Below, one piece after another: positions 56,933 through 64,000 of a stretch of DNA of 64,000 bases. The first letter of the stretch is position 1; the number at the start of each line of letters is the position of its first letter. The position numbers and the translations under genes were made by a program. Origin of the DNA: an uncultured Gammaproteobacteria bacterium (GTDB lineage: Bacteria; Patescibacteriota; Microgenomatia; UBA8517); the NCBI GenBank assembly GCA_964489145.1, contig CAZAXL010000002.1, positions 2,992-66,991 on the forward strand, given 5' to 3'. The notes beneath the pieces are model-generated. The model was not told the origin of the DNA and made no database searches. It saw nothing but the letters and a program-made list of their open reading frames with translations.

Positions 56933-57376
56933 ATGAAATTGGTTGTACAAAGGGTTAAGAAAGCAAAAGTCTTGACAGTTTCTGACAATAAAACCATCGG
57001 GGAAATCGGAAAAGGACTTTTTGTTTTGGTTGGTTTTAAAAAAGGGGATACGGAAAAAGAAATTAATGTGCTTATTGAAAAACTGGTAAAACTTCGTGTA
57101 ATGAAAGACGGGGAGAAAAAAATGAATCTTTCAGTCAAAGATACTGGCGGAAGTATTTTGGTCGTTTCTCAATTCACGCTTTATGCGGATACCAAAGGGG
57201 GCAATAGACCCAGTTTTATAAATGCGGAAGATCCTGCCAGGGCAAGACAGCTTTACGAATTATTTATCAGGGCATTAAAAGAAAAAGACATTAAGGTTGA
57301 AACCGGAAGTTTTGGTGATTATATGCAAATCGAAGCGGTAATGGATGGACCTGTGACAATAATTTATTCAGATTAA
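56933..57376 (+). CDS. dtd: D-aminoacyl-tRNA deacylase
   Basis: VVQRV, VSQFTL, GNRPSF, DGPVT. Confidence 0.96.
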   Translation: MKLVVQRVKKAKVLTVSDNKTIGEIGKGLFVLVGFKKGDTEKEINVLIEKLVKLRVMKDGEKKMNLSVKDTGGSILVVSQFTLYADTKGGNRPSFINAEDPARARQLYELFIRALKEKDIKVETGSFGDYMQIEAVMDGPVTIIYSD

Positions 57377-57967
57377 CCTTTCTTTTCTTAAAAACTCCTC
57401 CAGTCTTTTTTTTGAAGTAAACTGTCGGCCGATAGAGACAAATAATCTATTCATATTTGGCCAGTATTTTTTGGGAAGTATCTTGATTAATTCTTTTTCG
57501 GTTTGCTCCGGAGTTTTTGTATGTACCCAGCCAAGCAAGTTTGAGATTCTATGTACATGAGTATCAACCGCAATTGCGGGAATCTCAAAAGCTCTATTCA
57601 AAACTAAATTTGCAGTTTTTATTCCCACGCCGGGCAGTGTGGTTAATTCCTTTTGGGTTTTCGGGACTTTTCTGCCATAGTTTGTGAGGACAGTCCTTGC
57701 AAGCGTCTTGAGGTGCTTTGCTTTCGTTTTGTAAAAACCCACGGGGTAGATTAACCTTTCAATTGCTTTAATTTCTAAGTGATTCAATTTCTCTAAATTG
57801 GGGGCGATTTTAAATAAACGCTTTGAAGCTTCCAATGTAACCTCATCTTTTGTTCGGGCAGATAGGAGAGTTGAAACTAAAGTCTTATATGGATCGGAAC
57901 CAAAAATTTCGAGGGGAACTAAAATGTAATTTTTTCCAAATACCTTGAATACCTTTGCGAAATTCAT
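57368..57967 (-). CDS. nth: Endonuclease III-like HhH-GPD glycosylase without Fe-S motif
   Basis: LLSART.D, HhH LPGVGIKTA, VDTHV.R; no cysteines; ATG at 57967 preferred. Confidence 0.9.
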   Translation of the reverse strand: MNFAKVFKVFGKNYILVPLEIFGSDPYKTLVSTLLSARTKDEVTLEASKRLFKIAPNLEKLNHLEIKAIERLIYPVGFYKTKAKHLKTLARTVLTNYGRKVPKTQKELTTLPGVGIKTANLVLNRAFEIPAIAVDTHVHRISNLLGWVHTKTPEQTEKELIKILPKKYWPNMNRLFVSIGRQFTSKKRLEEFLRKERLI

Positions 57968-57980
57968 ATTAGTGGGGAAC

Positions 57981-58013
57981 ACAAAAGGGGCCGGTCATGC
58001 CGGTGCCCTTTTG
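57981..58013 (-). terminator. Probable terminator downstream of the DUF5679 gene
   Basis: GC-rich imperfect hairpin (GGG..CCGG/CCGG..CCC) flanked by A/T tracts. Confidence 0.5.
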
Positions 58014-58037
58014 CTTTAAGTGTTCTAAGATTAAAGG

Positions 58038-58178
58038 TTATTTATTACCTCCGATCTTGAACATGGTTGTGCCACATACTTCACAAACAGCCTTTGTGGC
58101 TTTCTTACCATTCTTCATGGTAACTTCTTGTGCGTCTTTTCCTTCTCTCTTGGCGCGGCACTTTACACAGTACATCAT
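58038..58178 (-). CDS. DUF5679-like small zinc-ribbon protein (46 aa, not in the ORF track)
   Basis: Manual translation MMYCVKCRAKREGKDAQEVTMKNGKKATKAVCEVCGTTMFKIGGNK; strong SD GGAGGTG upstream. Confidence 0.85.
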   Translation of the reverse strand: MMYCVKCRAKREGKDAQEVTMKNGKKATKAVCEVCGTTMFKIGGNK

Positions 58179-58197
58179 AATTTCTCACCTCCAGTCG

Positions 58198-58485
58198 TTA
58201 GGACAGAATAAATTTGCTCCAGGCTAAGTATATCACCAGCTCCAGAATTAAGATGAGGCTAATGCGAATTAAGCTTCGCACGATACCTTTCTGGTTGGTG
58301 GCTGCAGCCTCGGCTTGTGCCAAAGATTCGGCTCTTTTGGCATGCCTACTTGAGGCTAACGTCACATTTTTGCTAAATTTAGTTTCCCTCTTGACATAGA
58401 CTTTTTTTGTTGGCCTTGGTTCCCAAGAGACCAGGAATCCGTAATGGGGATTTTCTTTATTTTTTCTGGTCCGTATTTCTACCAT
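58198..58485 (-). CDS. Hypothetical protein with basic N-terminus and C-terminal TM helix
   Basis: 95-aa ORF, co-oriented with the DUF5679 gene, hydrophobic C-terminus. Confidence 0.6.
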   Translation of the reverse strand: MVEIRTRKNKENPHYGFLVSWEPRPTKKVYVKRETKFSKNVTLASSRHAKRAESLAQAEAAATNQKGIVRSLIRISLILILELVIYLAWSKFILS

Positions 58486-58556
58486 ACCCTTAGTCTATAT
58501 CTCCTTGACACTAACTTTTCAAGATGTAAAAATGACACAAGCTTGCCGGGAACCTG

Positions 58557-59015
58557 ATGCAAAACTTGAGTATATATATTTATGTAATTTTTGGAGTTTG
58601 GCTTTTGGCTTTAAGCTTTTTTTTGTATCGTTTTTTTGCTCTTTATAAAAAGTTAACGAAAGGGATTGAAGTAACCGATATCAAAAAAATTCTGGAGAAA
58701 ATATTGGTTCGTGGAGACGAAAACACCAAAAACATCAAAGAAATTGTTAAAAGGATCGATGTAATCGATGATAACGACAGACGTCATATTCAGAAAGTTG
58801 GACTTGTAAGGTTCAATCCATTTAGTGAACTTGGCGGAGACCATAGTTTTTGCCTGGCCATCCTCGATGACAGAGATACAGGAGTCGTTATTACCGGTCT
58901 ACATACCAGAGACAGAACAAGAGTCTATATGAAAGACATTAAAAATGGCAAAAGCAGCCTTGAACTCTCCGCAGAGGAAAAGAAAGCAGTTGTTAATGCG
59001 CAAAAAAGCAAATAA
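58557..59015 (+). CDS. DUF4446 family protein
   Basis: N-terminal TM, coiled coil, QKVGLVRFNPF...GGD.SF..A.LD, LS.EE..A. Confidence 0.8.
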   Translation: MQNLSIYIYVIFGVWLLALSFFLYRFFALYKKLTKGIEVTDIKKILEKILVRGDENTKNIKEIVKRIDVIDDNDRRHIQKVGLVRFNPFSELGGDHSFCLAILDDRDTGVVITGLHTRDRTRVYMKDIKNGKSSLELSAEEKKAVVNAQKSK

Positions 59016-59043
59016 GTGATAGAATAAAAAATACGTTATTTTT

Positions 59044-60285
59044 ATGGGTAAATTTAGTTTCAAAAATTTGTTCGGATCAAAAAAAAGTGTAGTTATTGCA
59101 AGTTTTATTGGTCTTTTCCTGATCTCTGTGGGGATTTCCCTTGCGGTCTTTTATTATGTTTCTCCTCAAGGGGCCTCAAAACTTCTCAGCGGAGTTGGTA
59201 AGAAAACTAAAATTAATATAAATCTTCCCAAAACTGAGGAATGTCCAATAAATGGTCAGATGTACACCAAGGCAGAAAGTGAAGTTTGGAGTGAACGACG
59301 TCCTGTTACTGCAATGATTGAAAACCATATCGAGGCTAGACCAGAATCCGGCTTATCGCGCGCCGATGTTATTTATGAGGTTGTGGTAGAAGGTGGAATT
59401 ACCAGATTTATGTCAGTATTTTATTGCGGTGCTGCAGCTGAGGATGTTCAGGTGGCTCCAATTAGGAGTGCCAGGGTTTATTTTATAAATATGGCTGCAG
59501 GTTATGGAAAAGATCCTGTTTTTCTGCACCAGGGAGGGGCAAATAATATATGTAGCACTTGTCCGGGTGGTGTTAAGCCAAGCTCCCAAATTGACCCTAC
59601 AGTTAATACTGTGACACTACTTGAGAAATTAGGTTGGGGCGGTGGTTCAGACGGCAACAACTTTGATGGTGGTTATAATATTGGCTACCCCATTGTTATT
59701 CGCAATCAATATCGTCTGGATAGCAATAATGCCTCCGCTTGGGAACACGCGGTCGTTGCCGATCTAGATGAGGTTTGGAAAGAGGCCGGCAAGAGAGGCT
59801 ACGATTACAAAGACGAGAGTGGCACTGCCTGGACAGAAGGCTTCAGGAAATGGCTTTTCCAAGATGGAAAAGCGGCAACTTCACCGCTAGCCTCTGATAT
59901 TAAATTTAATTTTTGGGAGAGTATGCCGGGTTATGATGTTGAGTGGAAGTATGATTCTGCTACAAATTCTTACCTAAGGTTTAATGGCGGATCCGCCCAT
60001 GTTGAATGGGAGTTTGATAAACCCCAGCTTTCCGCGAAAAACGTTGTGATAATGTTTGTAACCGAAAAGGGCCCTGTGGACACGGAACACCATATGTTCT
60101 ATCAGGTTATTGGAACGGGTAAGGCCTTAATTTTCCAGAATGGCGAGGCGATTCAGGGAACATGGAAAAAGGCATCTGCGCTTGACAGGGAGGTTTTTTA
60201 TGATACAAATGGGAAAGAGATAAAGATGGTTAGAGGACAGACCTGGATAGAGTTGGTTCCCGCTAAAAACGCGGTAACTTATTAA
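59044..60285 (+). CDS. DUF3048 (YerB-like) membrane-anchored protein
   Basis: RP..MIEN...ARP.SGL..AD..YE..VEGGITRF, PIRSAR, G.TWI. Confidence 0.85.
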   Translation: MGKFSFKNLFGSKKSVVIASFIGLFLISVGISLAVFYYVSPQGASKLLSGVGKKTKININLPKTEECPINGQMYTKAESEVWSERRPVTAMIENHIEARPESGLSRADVIYEVVVEGGITRFMSVFYCGAAAEDVQVAPIRSARVYFINMAAGYGKDPVFLHQGGANNICSTCPGGVKPSSQIDPTVNTVTLLEKLGWGGGSDGNNFDGGYNIGYPIVIRNQYRLDSNNASAWEHAVVADLDEVWKEAGKRGYDYKDESGTAWTEGFRKWLFQDGKAATSPLASDIKFNFWESMPGYDVEWKYDSATNSYLRFNGGSAHVEWEFDKPQLSAKNVVIMFVTEKGPVDTEHHMFYQVIGTGKALIFQNGEAIQGTWKKASALDREVFYDTNGKEIKMVRGQTWIELVPAKNAVTY

Positions 60286-60308
60286 ATTTTAACTGCTCCA
60301 AAAAATAG

Positions 60309-60893
60309 ATGGCAAATTTAGCAGACATCATTACTTCAAAGGTAAGAATAAAAATTTTGGAGCTGTTTTTTTCCAATCTTAAAGAGGTTTATCATGTGAG
60401 AGGGATTGTCAGGGAAACAGAAGAGGAAATTAATGCTGTGAGACGCGAGCTGACTAAACTTGAAAAAGACGGAGTACTCCGGAAAGAACCCCGCGGCAAT
60501 AGAATTTATTATTCAATTAGACCCGAATATCCGCTTTTTGGCGATTTAACCTCAGTGGTTGCTAAAACCACAGGTTTGGGCAAAATAATAATTGAGAATA
60601 AAAATAAAATTGGAAGAGTTTCTTTTGTAATGTTTTCCGGAAAATTTGTCAGACACAAGGAACACAAAAGGGATGATGACGTCGACATTTTGGTTGTTGG
60701 GGAAGTTGTTTTGCCGGAGTTGGCTTCAATAATTAGGGCCGAAGAAACCGGCAGGGGTAAGGAAATTAACTATACAGCGATGAGTAGAGATGAATTTGAT
60801 TTTAGAAAAAAGAGACGTGACCCGTTTCTTCTGGGAATTCTGTCCGGTAGTCGGGTAATGATAATAGGCGATGAGGAAGACCTCGTAGGTTAA
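60309..60893 (+). CDS. Winged-helix plus nucleotidyltransferase-like domain protein
   Basis: N-terminal wHTH (SK.R.K.L..F, VRREL..L), then DVDILVVG and EINY..MS..EF. Confidence 0.7.
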   Translation: MANLADIITSKVRIKILELFFSNLKEVYHVRGIVRETEEEINAVRRELTKLEKDGVLRKEPRGNRIYYSIRPEYPLFGDLTSVVAKTTGLGKIIIENKNKIGRVSFVMFSGKFVRHKEHKRDDDVDILVVGEVVLPELASIIRAEETGRGKEINYTAMSRDEFDFRKKRRDPFLLGILSGSRVMIIGDEEDLVG

Positions 60894-60913
60894 TTTTATG
60901 TTTTGAAGACCAT

Positions 60914-62242
60914 ATGTTGGGAACTCCCCTTAAAAAATTTATATTTATTGTAGTTTTGGCTTTGGCAGCAACTTTTATAAGTTTACCCCAAAGTTTTTCT
61001 GTTTTTGGTAAAAAAATAACTCGCCCAAATATAAATATAAATATCGGTAAGTTTTCGCTTCAAAGTGATCTCAAGGTTCATCTGGGTTTGGATTTGGCGG
61101 GCGGAAGTCAGCTTGTTTTTGAAGCAGATATGAACAAAGTCCCTGCCGATAAAAAATCCGATGCCCTGACCGGAGTAAGAAATATTATAGAAAACAGAGT
61201 AAATATGTTTGGGATTTCAGAATCCACCGTCCAGACATCGAATTTCGAAGGTAAAGATAGAATAATAGTCGAGCTTCCCGGAATTAGTGATACTCAAACC
61301 GCAATCAACCTTATTGGCAAGACTGCACAGTTATCTTTTGCGGAAGTTGTAGAGTCGACACCCGCCGGAAGCGCCACCCCGTCCGCAACCCTCGTTCCAA
61401 CAGACCTAACCGGGGCCGACCTTAAAAATGCCCAGGTTGTTTTTGACGGAAGTACCGGAGTGCCCGCAATTTCGATTCAGTTTAGCGAAGAGGGTGGTAA
61501 AAAATTTGCTGAAATCACGGGAAGAAATATAGGAAAGGAGTTGCCGATAATACTGGATAATCAAATCATTTCGGCACCTACTGTTCAGGAACAGATAACC
61601 GGCGGAAATGCACAAATATCCGGAAGTTTTACGGTTGATGAGGCAAAAGGGCTGGCAATCCAACTTAATGCCGGGGCGCTCCCCGTCCCCATACAGCTAA
61701 TTGAGGAAAGAACAATAGAGGCCACGCTTGGGGCTCTGTCGGTAAGGCAAAGTGTCGTAGCGGGTGCAGTCGGACTTTTAATGGTTGGTCTTTTCATGGT
61801 TCTGTCGTACGGAAAACTTGGTTTAGTTGCGGATGTTGGGCTTTTTATATTTTCCGTAATTTCACTGGCGCTTTATAAACTGATTCCTATTACATTGACA
61901 CTTCCCGGAATTGCCGGATTTATGTTATCAATTGGCATGGCGGTTGACAGTAACATTTTAATATTTGAACGATTTAAAGAGGAAAAACTAAAACGAAATA
62001 TTTCGGATGCACTGGAAGTTTCATTCGGAAGAGCGTGGGACTCTATAAGAGATGCCAATGTTGCAACAATAATTACATCTTTGGTATTAATGAATCCACT
62101 GGATTGGTCATTTCTTCAGTCGTCCGGTCCCGTTAGGGGATTTGCCATCACACTACTAATGGGAATAATCATAAGCTTGTTTACTGGAATTTATGTGAGT
62201 CGAAATTTATTAAGACTTTTCGTAAAGGAGAAAAAGAAATGA
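60914..62242 (+). CDS. secD: Protein translocase subunit SecD
   Basis: LGLDLAGG, RIIVELPG, LNAGALP, IGMAVDSNILIFER. Confidence 0.96.
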   Translation: MLGTPLKKFIFIVVLALAATFISLPQSFSVFGKKITRPNININIGKFSLQSDLKVHLGLDLAGGSQLVFEADMNKVPADKKSDALTGVRNIIENRVNMFGISESTVQTSNFEGKDRIIVELPGISDTQTAINLIGKTAQLSFAEVVESTPAGSATPSATLVPTDLTGADLKNAQVVFDGSTGVPAISIQFSEEGGKKFAEITGRNIGKELPIILDNQIISAPTVQEQITGGNAQISGSFTVDEAKGLAIQLNAGALPVPIQLIEERTIEATLGALSVRQSVVAGAVGLLMVGLFMVLSYGKLGLVADVGLFIFSVISLALYKLIPITLTLPGIAGFMLSIGMAVDSNILIFERFKEEKLKRNISDALEVSFGRAWDSIRDANVATIITSLVLMNPLDWSFLQSSGPVRGFAITLLMGIIISLFTGIYVSRNLLRLFVKEKKK

Positions 62243-63051
62243 ACTGGATGAAATACCGCTGGCTTTATTTACTTCTGTCCGGAAGTTTAATTATTTTTGG
62301 AATATTCTCAATGCTTAATTGGGGATTTAATATTGGAGTCGATTTTACCGGCGGGAGTCGTTTGGAATACAGGCTTCCTGACGGAAGTGCAAAAACTTTC
62401 AAAGGCGCTTCTGTCGATCAGGTTCAAAAGGAGGAAATCAAAGCAAATCTGGAAAAAGAGGTTGGGGGAATGGTAACCGAGATAAGATTTGAAAATGTGG
62501 GTCCTGCAGTTGGGCCGGAAACGATCAAGAAAACAATCTATGCTCTCCTGATTTCGGCTATCGCAATACTTTTATGGATTACCTATCAGTTCAAAAGTAT
62601 TAAATTTGGTGTTTCGGCAACGCTCGCCACCATACATGACATCTTGGTTGTAATTGGAAGTTTTTCAATTCTTGGGCACTTTTTTGGTGCCGAACTGGAT
62701 TTTCTTTTTGTAACGGCCGTTCTTACTATTCTTTCATTCTCTGTTCATGACACAATTGTTGTATTTGACAGAATCCGCGAAATGCGGAAGGGCCGGATGG
62801 GTGACCCCTCCGAATTTGCAGACGAGGCAATTAGTGAAACAATGGTCAGGTCTATCAATAACTCATTCACAATTATATTTATGCTTTTGGCGTTGATACT
62901 TCTGGGTGGAGATACAATTAGATGGTTTGCGGTAGCGCTTCTTATAGGTACGGTTTCCGGAACTTACTCCTCGCCGTTTGTAGCGGTTTCGATTCTCGTT
63001 ACATGGGATGAACTTTCCAGAAAAATTAAATCCGGGAAAAACACTAAATAA
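62239..63051 (+). CDS. secF: Protein translocase subunit SecF
   Basis: G.DFTGG, VGP.VG, HDTIVVFDRIRE, GTYSS. Confidence 0.96.
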   Translation: MNWMKYRWLYLLLSGSLIIFGIFSMLNWGFNIGVDFTGGSRLEYRLPDGSAKTFKGASVDQVQKEEIKANLEKEVGGMVTEIRFENVGPAVGPETIKKTIYALLISAIAILLWITYQFKSIKFGVSATLATIHDILVVIGSFSILGHFFGAELDFLFVTAVLTILSFSVHDTIVVFDRIREMRKGRMGDPSEFADEAISETMVRSINNSFTIIFMLLALILLGGDTIRWFAVALLIGTVSGTYSSPFVAVSILVTWDELSRKIKSGKNTK

Positions 63052-64000
63052 TTTTTCTAAGACTTTTTAATTCTTTGAATAATGTTTCTTTGTCATTTTC
63101 AACTTTCTTTTCTACGACTTTATCGAATAGCTCACCTAAAATTTTACCTACTACAGGCCCCGGGCTGAGTCCAAGGACTTTCATTACGTCATTTCCGTCG
63201 ATTTTTAAATCATTAAGAGAAAATGGTTGTTTTTGTACTTCAATTATTCTTTTTTTAAACTCCTCGAGGCGCCAACTGGTTTCGCGGGCGCCGCCGCCAA
63301 GTCTGTCTGCAACACGAAGCGCCAGTATATCCTCGACATTTTCTAAGCCCACATTCCGTAAAAATCTTCGTAGGGCTGAGTCGGTTTGTCTTTCGTCAAC
63401 TGAAAATTGATGCCACCTAATAAGCTTTATAAATTTATCCTTTTCTTTGTTGGAAAATTTAAATCTATCTGCAATGTTTTCGGCTATCTTTGTAGAAACC
63501 ATTTCATGGTTGTAGAAAGTTATCACTCCCGTACTCAATTTTTTGTAAGTCTGAGGCTTTCCAATATCGTGGATTAAGGTTGCAAATCGGGTTACCGGGT
63601 CTTTTGATTTACAGTTTTTTAAGGACATTAAAAGATGATTACCAACATCATAAATATGATGTCTGCCAGGGGATTTCTGCTCGACTCCGAAACATTTTTC
63701 CATTTCCGGCAAAATTTCCTGCATAAGTCCGCAATTTTTAAATATAATTACCCCGTCGTATGGATTCGGTGAGGATATAAGTTTGAAAAACTCTTCTTTT
63801 ACCCTTTCTTTGGCGATTTTATTTATTAATGGTGCATTTTTTTTGATTGCCTCAAAAGTTTTTTCTTCAATTACAAATCCGAGTTCTGCAGCGATTCTTA
63901 CCGCCCTCATCATTCTTAAAGCATCTTCGGAAAAACGGCTGTCGGGATCGCCCACTGCACGGATTAATTTATTTTTTATATCTCCCTGGCCTTTATACAA
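63044..64000 (-). CDS. cca: CCA-adding tRNA nucleotidyltransferase with HD domain (5'-truncated by the window edge)
   Basis: RF.EDALRMMRAVR, ERV.EEF.K, HD motif IHDIGKP, GP.VG.IL. Confidence 0.88.
   Translation of the reverse strand: MYKGQGDIKNKLIRAVGDPDSRFSEDALRMMRAVRIAAELGFVIEEKTFEAIKKNAPLINKIAKERVKEEFFKLISSPNPYDGVIIFKNCGLMQEILPEMEKCFGVEQKSPGRHHIYDVGNHLLMSLKNCKSKDPVTRFATLIHDIGKPQTYKKLSTGVITFYNHEMVSTKIAENIADRFKFSNKEKDKFIKLIRWHQFSVDERQTDSALRRFLRNVGLENVEDILALRVADRLGGGARETSWRLEEFKKRIIEVQKQPFSLNDLKIDGNDVMKVLGLSPGPVVGKILGELFDKVVEKKVENDKETLFKELKSLRKII

Noticed and set aside
57997-58227. 76-aa plus-strand ORF
   Set aside because: Antisense shadow of the DUF5679-like gene, which has a clear motif and SD

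Overview
Core-genome window from a bacterium with the signature of the Candidate Phyla Radiation. A Microgenomates/Woesebacteria-like lineage is my inference, based on the missing rpmD/L30 in the spc operon, a short AlaRS and leaderless-type promoters. It uses standard code 11. In order it contains the 3' part of pnp, a protease-less Lon AAA+ gene, udg4, rnj, ftsK, alaS, an FtsA-like/baseplate-J-like membrane protein with sortase-ruvX-mltG, rpoBC, and the str/S10/spc/alpha ribosomal superoperon, which a 4-gene insertion interrupts after rpsJ. These are followed by tRNA-Pro(GGG), recA-recX-rny-hup, an ABC-2 exporter, miaA, RNase P RNA (minus strand), an RRM protein, a Cys-rich pilin, comM, dtd, nth, DUF5679/DUF4446/DUF3048 genes, secDF and a partial CCA-adding enzyme. 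I found no transposase, integrase, prophage or CRISPR array. The most unusual signals are an EF-G with a rewired guanine pocket (NKxD->NKLN, GSA->GDN), two DNA glycosylases that both lack their Fe-S cysteines, the Lon ATPase-only gene next to an RGG-tailed PNPase, the actin-like/baseplate-J/sortase envelope cluster, a duplicated rnpB 3' end plus terminator, and a structured repeat region between rpsD and rpoA. All calls come from reading the sequence and ORF track by eye; no searches were run.
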